Below are positions 34,848 through 41,457 of a stretch of 41,457 nucleotides of DNA, in pieces (position 1 is the stretch's first letter; every line of letters starts with the position of its first letter). A program made the translations under genes and the position numbers. This DNA is from Chloroflexota bacterium (GTDB lineage: Bacteria > Chloroflexota > Limnocylindria > Limnocylindrales > CSP1-4), in the NCBI GenBank assembly GCA_046732155.1, contig JBKPMM010000005.1:1-41457 (forward strand), written 5' to 3'. The notes under the pieces are model-generated. The model did no database searches and was not told the origin of the DNA. It worked only from the letters and a program-made list of their open reading frames with translations.

Positions 34848-35306
34848 ATGGCCGACGAGACCGAGAAGGAACGGGTCGACCGCGAACTCATCGAGCTGCT
34901 CAACGAAGTCCGGGTCGCCCTGCCCGGCGTCCAGGTCCTGTTCGCGTTCCTGCTGATCCTTCCGTTCCAGCAGGCGTTCTCGAAGACGTCGGAGGTCGAC
35001 AGGACCGTCTACACGATCGCGCTGTTATTCAGCGCCGTGGCCGCTGGCCTGTTCATCGCGCCCTCCGCGTACCACCGGCTCAACTTCCGACGAAACGTGA
35101 AAGAGGAGATGCTGTTCGACTCGAACAAGCTGATCGTTGCTGGCCTGGGCTGCACCGCCATCGGCATCGCCGGCTCGGTGTATCTCGTCGTCGATGTCGT
35201 CCAGGGTGGGACCGCCGCCGCCGTGGCGACCGTGGGCGCCCTTCTGCTCTACGGGGTCCTGTGGCTCGGGCTTCCGCTCGCGCGTCGGGGTGAACCTGAG
35301 CAGTGA
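34848..35306 (+). CDS. DUF6328 family membrane protein
   Basis: ERVDRELIELLNEVRVALPGVQVLFAFLLILPFQQAF, plus three further TM segments, matches my recollection of actinobacterial DUF6328 proteins. Confidence 0.6.
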   Translation: MADETEKERVDRELIELLNEVRVALPGVQVLFAFLLILPFQQAFSKTSEVDRTVYTIALLFSAVAAGLFIAPSAYHRLNFRRNVKEEMLFDSNKLIVAGLGCTAIGIAGSVYLVVDVVQGGTAAAVATVGALLLYGVLWLGLPLARRGEPEQ

Positions 35307-36257
35307 ACGGCCTCATCCGACGGCTGGGTGCGATGACCGTGGCCGCGCTGTCGATCGCGGCATGCGGCGGTCAGCCGGCAACGCCTCCGCCGGCCGAGCC
35401 ATACCTCCTTCGCGCCCCTCGAGGTCAAGGTCAAGAGTGACCCCGATTGGCTGGTGGCTGCTTTCGGCTCGATGTGGCTCAAGCGGCCGGAAGGGTTCGT
35501 CGACCGGATCGATCCCAGCGCTGACAAGGTTGCCGACGAGATCCGTGTCCACGAGACGGGTGCGGCACCCTGCGAGGGCATCGGTGCGGGCGAAAAGGCC
35601 GTCTGCGCCTGCGATTCAGGCGATCTCGTGTCGGTCGACCCAGCGAGCCACCAAGCGGCAGAGCCCATCCCCGCGGGTAAGATCGCCGTCCAAGGCAGGC
35701 TCGTCGCGGCAGCCGGTCGCATCTGGGTGCTCAGGAACGATGGCGACACGCTCGTCGGGATCGACGAGGTGACGGGGACGGTCGCGGACCCGATCGCGCT
35801 TCCCGTCGCGTGCAACGACCTGGGCGCATCCATTGACATCGTTTACGCCGTCTGCGAGGCGGGCGACCGAGTCCTTCGCGTCGATGTTGCGTCGAGCGCC
35901 GTGACGGCCGAGGCCGAGATCGACGGTCCGAACTGGGTGAGCGCGGCCGGGAGCGGCGTTTGGGTAGCCGCCGGCAACGATCTGCTGCGTCTTGACCCGG
36001 TGTCGCTCAAGACCGCCGTGACCGTCCCCGGGATGGGGACTGGGCAACTCGGCTCCATCTGGGCGGACGCGGCCGGTGTTTGGGTCCGCAAGCGCGACCC
36101 GTTCATCTCGATGGTCGGCCCGGACGGCTCCATCCGGCGTGTCGTCAGTGCGCCGTTCAAGACAGGCGGCGACGTGGTCGGTGACGGCCGGTACCTCTGG
36201 GTGACCGCGATCGATGACCGACTGGTGATCCGGCTCGACATACCTGCCGAGACGTGA
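35303..36257 (+). pseudogene. Secreted beta-propeller-like lipoprotein, apparently interrupted by a frameshift near 35390-35440
   Basis: One frame (GTG 35303 or ATG 35333) encodes the canonical lipoprotein signal MNGLIRRLGAMTVAALSIAAC-GGQPATPPP, then stops at 35438-35440. The 267-aa body (track ORF 35454-36257, repeats of the type G.WV...D.L.R.DP) is in another frame, which is open from 35337. Confidence 0.5.
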
Positions 36258-36270
36258 GATCCCGGCACGG

Positions 36271-36276
36271 TATCGT
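36271..36276 (+). promoter_or_regulatory. -10 box TATCGT, 6 nt upstream of ATG 36283 (leaderless-type)
   Basis: TANNNT hexamer at leaderless spacing. No Shine-Dalgarno is present. Confidence 0.4.
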
Positions 36277-36282
36277 GCTCGT

Positions 36283-36810
36283 ATGCGCAGCCCCGGCGAG
36301 TACCCAGACGTCATCGAGATCGTCGTCGAGATCCCGCGCGGGTCACGCAACAAGTACGAGTTCGATGAAGCGGCCGGTGTCTACCGGCTCGACCGCGTCC
36401 TGAGCAGCGCGGTCTTCTACAACTTCGACTATGGGTTCGTCGAGGGCACCCGTTCCGGCGACGGCGACCACACGGACGCCCTGCTCGTCATCGATGAGCC
36501 GACGTTCACGGGCTGTCATGTCTGGGCACGACCCATCGGCGGTCTCGAGATGCGCGATGAGAAGGGCTACGACTTCAAGGTGCTCTGCGTCGCGCTCGGC
36601 GACCCGCATCAGCAGCACATCGAGCAGCTCGATCAGGTCCGGCCGCACCGGCTCGTCGAGATCGAGCAGTTCTTCGCGACCTACAAGGCCCTCGAGGACA
36701 AGGCCGTCGACGTCATCGGTTGGAGGGACCGGGAGAAGGCGCTCCAGGTGTTACGGGACGACCGCGCGACATGGGAGCGCGAGGTCGAGGCCAGCGCCCC
36801 GGCCCGTTGA
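36283..36810 (+). CDS. ppa: Inorganic pyrophosphatase (family I)
   Basis: VEIPRGSRNKYEFD, DGDHTDALLV and the overall 175-aa length. Confidence 0.95.
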   Translation: MRSPGEYPDVIEIVVEIPRGSRNKYEFDEAAGVYRLDRVLSSAVFYNFDYGFVEGTRSGDGDHTDALLVIDEPTFTGCHVWARPIGGLEMRDEKGYDFKVLCVALGDPHQQHIEQLDQVRPHRLVEIEQFFATYKALEDKAVDVIGWRDREKALQVLRDDRATWEREVEASAPAR

Positions 36811-36848
36811 CCGGTCGCCACGCGGATCGGTATCGCGCCGACCGTGAC

Positions 36849-37511
36849 GTGCCCGGGCGGCGGTTGTTCGTCGGGCTGCCGCTGCCGCGGGAAGCCGCGT
36901 CAGACATCGAAGCGATCGTCGAGGGGGTGCGGGCGAAGCCGCTCGCCACCGGTGCACGCGACGTCCGTTGGGTCCGCCTCGACGGGTTACACCTGACACT
37001 TCGCTTCCTCGGGCCGACACTGCCCGATCGAATCGCTCCGACCATCGAGGCGGTCGCGCGAGCGGCGCGGTCTACGGGAGGGCCGTTCGACGTGGAGCTC
37101 GCGGGTGCCGGCTCCTTCCCGCCCGGTCGACGGCCACGAACCCTGTGGATCGGGCTATCAGCCGGCCTCGAACCGCTTGGCGACCTCGCCCGCGCGACGC
37201 AGGAGGCGTTGTTTGATGCGGGCTGGCCGCCGGAGGAGCGGCCGTTCCGTCCGCACCTCACCGTCGCACGTTCCGACGGCGTCGCGGCCGGAGCCCTCGT
37301 TGCCGACCGCCTCGCGGACGCCATGGGTGACCGCCGGATCCGATGCGCCATCGACAAGCTCGGCCTGTTCGAGAGCATCACCGGTGGTGGCCCGGCGCGG
37401 TACGTGCCGCTAGCGCTCTTCGGACTTGGTCCGTCGGCCGACGGGGATGACGACGTGTACCATCAGCGGACCCCTGACCTGTCCGAAGTGGAGTTTCGGA
37501 TCGACTCGTGA
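36849..37511 (+). CDS. thpR: RNA 2',3'-cyclic phosphodiesterase (2H phosphoesterase, ThpR/LigT)
   Basis: RLFVGLPLP..., with the two HxTx motifs HLTLRFLG and PHLTVAR. GTG 36849 was chosen because the track ORF start at 36720 overlaps ppa. Confidence 0.8.
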   Translation: MPGRRLFVGLPLPREAASDIEAIVEGVRAKPLATGARDVRWVRLDGLHLTLRFLGPTLPDRIAPTIEAVARAARSTGGPFDVELAGAGSFPPGRRPRTLWIGLSAGLEPLGDLARATQEALFDAGWPPEERPFRPHLTVARSDGVAAGALVADRLADAMGDRRIRCAIDKLGLFESITGGGPARYVPLALFGLGPSADGDDDVYHQRTPDLSEVEFRIDS

Positions 37512-38353
37512 CGTCTGCGCAACGCGCCCGACTCGTCCTGAGCCTCGGCATCTTGAACCTCGTGCTCGCGACGATCGTGCTCGGCGCGGGTGGGCTCGGC
37601 CTGTCGCAGCGGTCGACGTCTCCCTCGCCGCCGCCTGTCGCTGTGGTCCCGACGTCGACACCGGTCCCGACCGGTGCGCCGAGAACGTCGGCCACACCCG
37701 GCCGGACGACATCGCCATCGGGCGGACCGATCTTGTCGCCGGGTGGATCCGGGTCTCCGGCGTTCCCGAGTCCGACACCGACCCAGACCGGCTCGCCACT
37801 CATCCCGGTGACGCCGACCCCGACGCTCGCGCCGATCGCGACCGGCACCCCGACGACCGGCCAGCCGACACCGACGCCGGCCGGCACACCGACACCGACC
37901 GAGCGTCCGGCGCAGCCACCGACGCCGACTCCCGCGCCGACCGCTGCACCGACCGCCCGGCCGACGCCCGTGCCGACACCGCGGCCCACCGCGCAGCCGA
38001 CGGCGAACCCGACCCCGCGTCCGACGGCGCAGCCGACACCGAAACCGACGCCCAAACCCACCTCGAAGCCGACGCCAGAGCCGACGCCGCGGCCGACGGA
38101 GGTCGTCCTCCACCCGCCGGCCGACAAGGGCCACCCGCCGTGCCCGACCAAGTGGGGCCCGCCGCCGGGTCACTCGAAGGTGGGCGGCGATCACCACCCG
38201 TGTGGCAAGGGCAAGGGCGAGCACGGTTCGTCAGCCAAGGGGAACGGCAAGGGCGCGAAGGGCGGCATCATCCTCGTGCTGCCGATGACCTTGATGACCG
38301 CCGCGTACGCCGTCCGACCGGGGCGGTTGCGCCTTCGGCGCCGCGCGCGCTAG
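37508..38353 (+). CDS. Pro/Thr-rich membrane protein with N-terminal and C-terminal hydrophobic anchors
   Basis: N-terminal [24 protein letters not shown], about 190 aa of PT-rich repeats, a His/Cys-rich patch (HPPCP...[12 protein letters not shown]), then [18 protein letters not shown] followed by [12 protein letters not shown]. The GTG start overlaps the thpR stop (GTGA). Confidence 0.5.
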   Translation: MTSAQRARLVLSLGILNLVLATIVLGAGGLGLSQRSTSPSPPPVAVVPTSTPVPTGAPRTSATPGRTTSPSGGPILSPGGSGSPAFPSPTPTQTGSPLIPVTPTPTLAPIATGTPTTGQPTPTPAGTPTPTERPAQPPTPTPAPTAAPTARPTPVPTPRPTAQPTANPTPRPTAQPTPKPTPKPTSKPTPEPTPRPTEVVLHPPADKGHPPCPTKWGPPPGHSKVGGDHHPCGKGKGEHGSSAKGNGKGAKGGIILVLPMTLMTAAYAVRPGRLRLRRRAR

Positions 38354-38409
38354 GCTCGCGACCCCGACCGCCCCACATCACGGCGGCGGGACCTCCGGGA
38401 GGGTCACGG

Positions 38410-39789
38410 ATGTCCGCCATCGCTGCCGGTCCACGCCAGACCAAGTTCGTGCTCGACGAGAGCCGGATACCGCGGGCCTGGTACAACATCGCGGCCGACC
38501 TGCCAGAGGCGCCACCGCCCGTCCTGCATCCCGGGACTGGCCAGCCGATCGGCCCTGGTGACCTGGCGCCGCTGTTCCCGATGGAACTCATCAAGCAGGT
38601 GGTCTCGACCGAGCGGGAGATCGAGATCCCGGATGAAGTCCGGGATGCCTATGCGCTCTATCGGCCGAGCCCGCTGTACCGAGCGCATCGACTTGAGAAG
38701 GCGCTCGATACGCCGGCGCACATCTACTACAAGTACGAAGGCGGCAGCCCGTCCGGGAGCCACAAGCCCAATACCGCCCTGCCGCAGGCCTACTACAACA
38801 AGGCCGAAGGCGTCACGCGGATGGCGACCGAGACCGGTGCCGGCCAATGGGGCAGCGCGCTCGCGTTCGCGGGCTCTGTCTTCGGCCTCGACGTCAAGGT
38901 CTTCATGGTGCGTGCCAGCTACGACCAGAAGCCGTACCGGCGGATCCTGATGGAGACGTATGGAGCCGAGGTCGTCCCCAGCCCGAGCCCGGACACCGAG
39001 TACGGCCGGAAGGTCCTGGCTGCGACCCCTGACAACACCGGTTCACTGGGTATCGCGATCAGTGAGGCGATCGAGGACACGGTCTCTCATCCGGGCACCA
39101 AGTACTCGCTCGGTTCCGTATTCGACTTCGTGCTCCTCCATCAGACCGTCATCGGTCAGGAGTCGATCGAACAGATGGGGATGGCTGGAGAAGAGCCGGA
39201 TGTGATCATCGGCTGCGCCGGGGGCGGCTCGAACTTCGCGGGTCTGACGTTCCCATGGCTCGGTCGCACGTTCCGTGGTGGCCGCAAGTACCGCGTGATC
39301 GCCGCCGAGCCGGAGGCGGCCCCGAGCCTCACCAGGGGGACGTACGCCTACGACTTCGGCGACACGGCGCAGATGACGCCTTTGATCAAGATGCACACGC
39401 TCGGGCACGACTTCATCCCCGAGCCGATCCACGCCGGCGGTCTGCGGTATCACGGCATGTCGCCGCTGGTCAGCCTGCTCAAGGAGGGCGGTCACATCGA
39501 GGCGCAGGCCGTCCATCAACGGTCGGCGTTCGAGGTCGGCGTCACGTTCGCCCGCGCGGAGGGCATCCTTCCGGCGCCCGAGCCGACGCATGCGATCCGT
39601 GTCGCGGTCGACGAGGCGCTCGCGGCGAAAGAGGCCGGCGAGCCGCGCGTCATCCTGTTCAACCTGTGCGGCCACGGTCACTTCGACCTGGCGGCGTACG
39701 AGCGGTATCTCGACGGTTCGCTCGAGGACTACGAGTACCCGCGCGAGAAGGTCGAAGCCGCCCTCGCAGGTCTGCCTGCCGTCGGCTGA
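38410..39789 (+). CDS. TrpB-like PLP enzyme, tryptophan synthase beta chain type 2 (TrpB2)
   Basis: [13 protein letters not shown]...[35 protein letters not shown] (PLP lysine)...[12 protein letters not shown] is the long-form TrpB2 signature. ATG 38410 has a GGGAGGG Shine-Dalgarno upstream. The track ORF 37426-39789 is over-extended. Confidence 0.9.
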   Translation: MSAIAAGPRQTKFVLDESRIPRAWYNIAADLPEAPPPVLHPGTGQPIGPGDLAPLFPMELIKQVVSTEREIEIPDEVRDAYALYRPSPLYRAHRLEKALDTPAHIYYKYEGGSPSGSHKPNTALPQAYYNKAEGVTRMATETGAGQWGSALAFAGSVFGLDVKVFMVRASYDQKPYRRILMETYGAEVVPSPSPDTEYGRKVLAATPDNTGSLGIAISEAIEDTVSHPGTKYSLGSVFDFVLLHQTVIGQESIEQMGMAGEEPDVIIGCAGGGSNFAGLTFPWLGRTFRGGRKYRVIAAEPEAAPSLTRGTYAYDFGDTAQMTPLIKMHTLGHDFIPEPIHAGGLRYHGMSPLVSLLKEGGHIEAQAVHQRSAFEVGVTFARAEGILPAPEPTHAIRVAVDEALAAKEAGEPRVILFNLCGHGHFDLAAYERYLDGSLEDYEYPREKVEAALAGLPAVG

Positions 39790-39813
39790 TCGGAAAGGGG
39801 GTCATCGACACCC

Positions 39814-40059
39814 GTGCCGCATCTCGCCTGCTGGTCATGCGGGCGCCAGATCTATACGGTCTCGCCGCTCGATTCGCTCTTCGCTGAGGAGCGTCGCTGC
39901 CCACGTTGCGGCGCGTATCTCAACCCGGAACGGCGAGGGGAGGAGCGGCGAGAGCGCAACCGGCGTCAGAGCGCGCCCGACAGCCCAGGCCCGCCGGATG
40001 GCGTCGAGCGGCGGATCGCGGACCGCCGGATCGGGCGGAGGCGCTCGCCACCCACGTAA
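39814..40059 (+). CDS. Small zinc-ribbon protein with Arg-rich tail (hypothetical)
   Basis: 81 aa, with CWSCG...(20 aa)...CPRCG and then ERR/RRI-rich basic sequence. GTG start with a purine-rich GGAAAGGGGG upstream. Confidence 0.4.
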   Translation: MPHLACWSCGRQIYTVSPLDSLFAEERRCPRCGAYLNPERRGEERRERNRRQSAPDSPGPPDGVERRIADRRIGRRRSPPT

Positions 40060-40183
40060 GCCGTCGGTGCCGATAAGCGGTCGGCGCCGACGTAGGCGGC
40101 AGGTGGCGACCTCCGCGGCCTGCGCCGACTCAGGCGGCGGGTGCCGACCTCCGCGGCGCGTCGTAGGCGGTGGCCGGCTGCGA
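40057..40183 (+). repeat. Five degenerate direct repeats TA(A/G)GCGG(Y)NGG(Y)GCCGAC, two of them extended by CCTCCGCGG
   Basis: Units start at 40057, 40074, 40093, 40130 and 40164. Units 3 and 4 share AGGCGGC.GGTG.CGACCTCCGCGG. The array lies between the Zn-ribbon ORF stop and the tyrA start. Confidence 0.55.
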
Positions 40184-40194
40184 TACTCGGACCG

Positions 40195-41076
40195 ATGCGG
40201 ATCGCACTGCTCGGCTTCGGCCTGATCGGCGGATCGATCGCCCGCGCGCTTCGCGAGCGTGGTCGCCTGGACGACGGCATCGAGATCGTGGCGTGGTCGC
40301 CGCGCGGCGAAGGGCCCGCGTCTGCCGCCCGCGACGGGGTGATCGATTCGGCCGCGTCGACACCGGCCGCCGCCCTCGATGACGCCGATCTCGTCGTGCT
40401 CGCCGGGCCGGCACCGACGGTGCTCGAGGCGCTCGAAGCGCTCGCCGGTGCCTGGCGGACGGCGCTCGCATCCGACGCGGTCATCACCGATGTCGCGAGC
40501 ACCAAGTCCGCGATCGTCGCCCGCGCGTCGACGCTCGGGCTGCGGTTCGTCGGTGGTCACCCGATGGCGGGGCTGGAGACGAGCGGATATGCCGCCGCCG
40601 AACCAGGGCTGTTCGTGGACCGACCGTGGGTGGTCGTCCCGGGTTCGGCCGACGAACCCGCGATCGAGCGTGTCGAAACGCTCGCGCGGGCCGTCGGAGC
40701 CCGGCCGATCCGGATGGGTGCCGCGGACCACGACGTCGCTGTGGCCGGGATCTCGCACCTGCCGCTGATCGTGGCGGCGTCGCTCGTCGAAGCGGTCGCC
40801 GGTCGTCCTGGGAGCGACAGGGACGGCTGGCCGGTCGCCGCAGACCTGGCCGCGACGGGCTGGCGCGGCATCACGCGCCTTGCGAAGGGCGACGTCGAGA
40901 TGGGAGCCGGGATCCTGTCGACGAATGCCGGGCCGATCGCCGATCGGATCCGCGATCTGATCGCCGTACTCGAAGGATGGCTCACAGAGCTCGACCGCGA
41001 CGGCGGACCGGACACCGAAGCCATCGCGTCGCGGCTGCGAGCGGCACGCGACCGCCTGGGCGAGACGTCCGGATGA
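40195..41076 (+). CDS. tyrA: Prephenate dehydrogenase
   Basis: MRIALLGFGLIGGSIARAL Rossmann N-terminus and the GGHPMAG motif. The ATG at 40195 lies 7 nt after GATACT. The track ORF start at 40141 sits inside the repeat array. Confidence 0.85.
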   Translation: MRIALLGFGLIGGSIARALRERGRLDDGIEIVAWSPRGEGPASAARDGVIDSAASTPAAALDDADLVVLAGPAPTVLEALEALAGAWRTALASDAVITDVASTKSAIVARASTLGLRFVGGHPMAGLETSGYAAAEPGLFVDRPWVVVPGSADEPAIERVETLARAVGARPIRMGAADHDVAVAGISHLPLIVAASLVEAVAGRPGSDRDGWPVAADLAATGWRGITRLAKGDVEMGAGILSTNAGPIADRIRDLIAVLEGWLTELDRDGGPDTEAIASRLRAARDRLGETSG

Positions 41077-41457
41077 GCGATCGGGACGACGAACGCATCC
41101 TGGTCGTGCCCCGTGACGTCGTGCCCGATCGGGCGTCGTGGTACGGGCTCCGGACCGACGGCATCGACGTCTTCCTCGACGTCGTCGCCGAGCACGGTCG
41201 ATACGAGCCGCGGGCCGCGATGGAGATCGATCCGAGCTTCAAGCAGATCATCCCGTACCTCGTGTTGCGCGACGGGGAGCGCTACTTCCTGATGCGCCGG
41301 ACGAAAGCGGGGGGTGACGCCCGGCTGCACGATCGCTGGTCGATCGGCGTCGGAGGGCACGTCGACCACGGTGATGAGGATCTGGCGGGCGGACTTCGTC
41401 GCGAGTGGCACGAGGAGCTCATGACGGACTTCGAACCGATCTTCACTCCGTACGCCC
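41073..41457 (+). CDS. NUDIX hydrolase family protein, 3' end cut by window edge
   Basis: Hand translation from ATG 41073 (ATGA overlap with the tyrA stop) gives MSDRDDERILVVPRDVV...IPYLVLRDGERYFLMRR...GVGGHVDHGDEDLAGGLRREWHEEL, which is the Nudix box Gx5Ex7REUxEE. Confidence 0.7.
   Translation, partial: MSDRDDERILVVPRDVVPDRASWYGLRTDGIDVFLDVVAEHGRYEPRAAMEIDPSFKQIIPYLVLRDGERYFLMRRTKAGGDARLHDRWSIGVGGHVDHGDEDLAGGLRREWHEELMTDFEPIFTPYA

Noticed and set aside
37378-38151. 257-aa Gly/Val-rich minus-strand ORF opposite the Pro/Thr-rich gene
   Set aside because: It is the mirror image of the PT-repeat coding sequence. The plus-strand ORF has TM anchors at both termini and a start coupled to thpR, while the minus ORF has no signal or start context. 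The call remains uncertain.
37426-38409. N-terminal 328 codons of the 787-aa track ORF preceding TrpB2
   Set aside because: This extension overlaps the PT-rich gene in another frame and is low complexity. A GGGAGGG Shine-Dalgarno and ATG 38410 give a normal-length TrpB2.

Overview
Very GC-rich bacterial chromosome segment. Its content and start-codon architecture look Actinomycetota- or Chloroflexota-like: F420-type LLM oxidoreductase, DUF6328, TrpB2 and many apparently leaderless genes. It is densely coding, with no rRNA, CRISPR or transposase. The left half (1-19.6 kb) looks like one catabolic island. It holds a LacI-family regulator co-transcribed with a PotABCD-type ABC importer and a Zn-ADH. 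It also has an 865-aa protein with a CehA/McbA-like metallohydrolase C-terminal half, and a 7-gene minus-strand operon (IolE-like, SMP-30 lactonase, 2-hydroxyacid DH, Gfo/Idh/MocA, HpcH aldolase, IolD, SDR). A divergent plus-strand operon encodes a DegT aminotransferase, Gfo/Idh/MocA and an F420-type LLM oxidoreductase. The same LacI-type palindrome sits in both divergent promoter regions, which suggests one regulon. My best candidate for something new is an inositol or aminocyclitol pathway with a non-canonical lower branch. The remainder holds an MrfA/MrfB-like helicase-exonuclease pair preceded by a Cheo/SOS-type box. It continues with an FtsB-like gene, a 198-bp inverted-repeat element with 4-bp flanking repeats, a YozE-like gene, beta-carbonic anhydrase, a YpfJ-type peptidase and VanW. 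After these come tRNA(CAT), ftsH, an XRE-HTH gene whose ORF tail runs through a palindrome array and a terminator, and an M20 peptidase with a duplicated promoter and start. Further on lie a stand-alone DnaB-C-like ATPase, a Kv-like K+ channel, DUF6328 and an apparently frameshifted lipoprotein. The right end carries ppa, thpR, a Pro/Thr-rich membrane protein, trpB2, a Zn-ribbon ORF, tyrA and a partial Nudix gene. Many long ORFs in the track are antisense GC artefacts.
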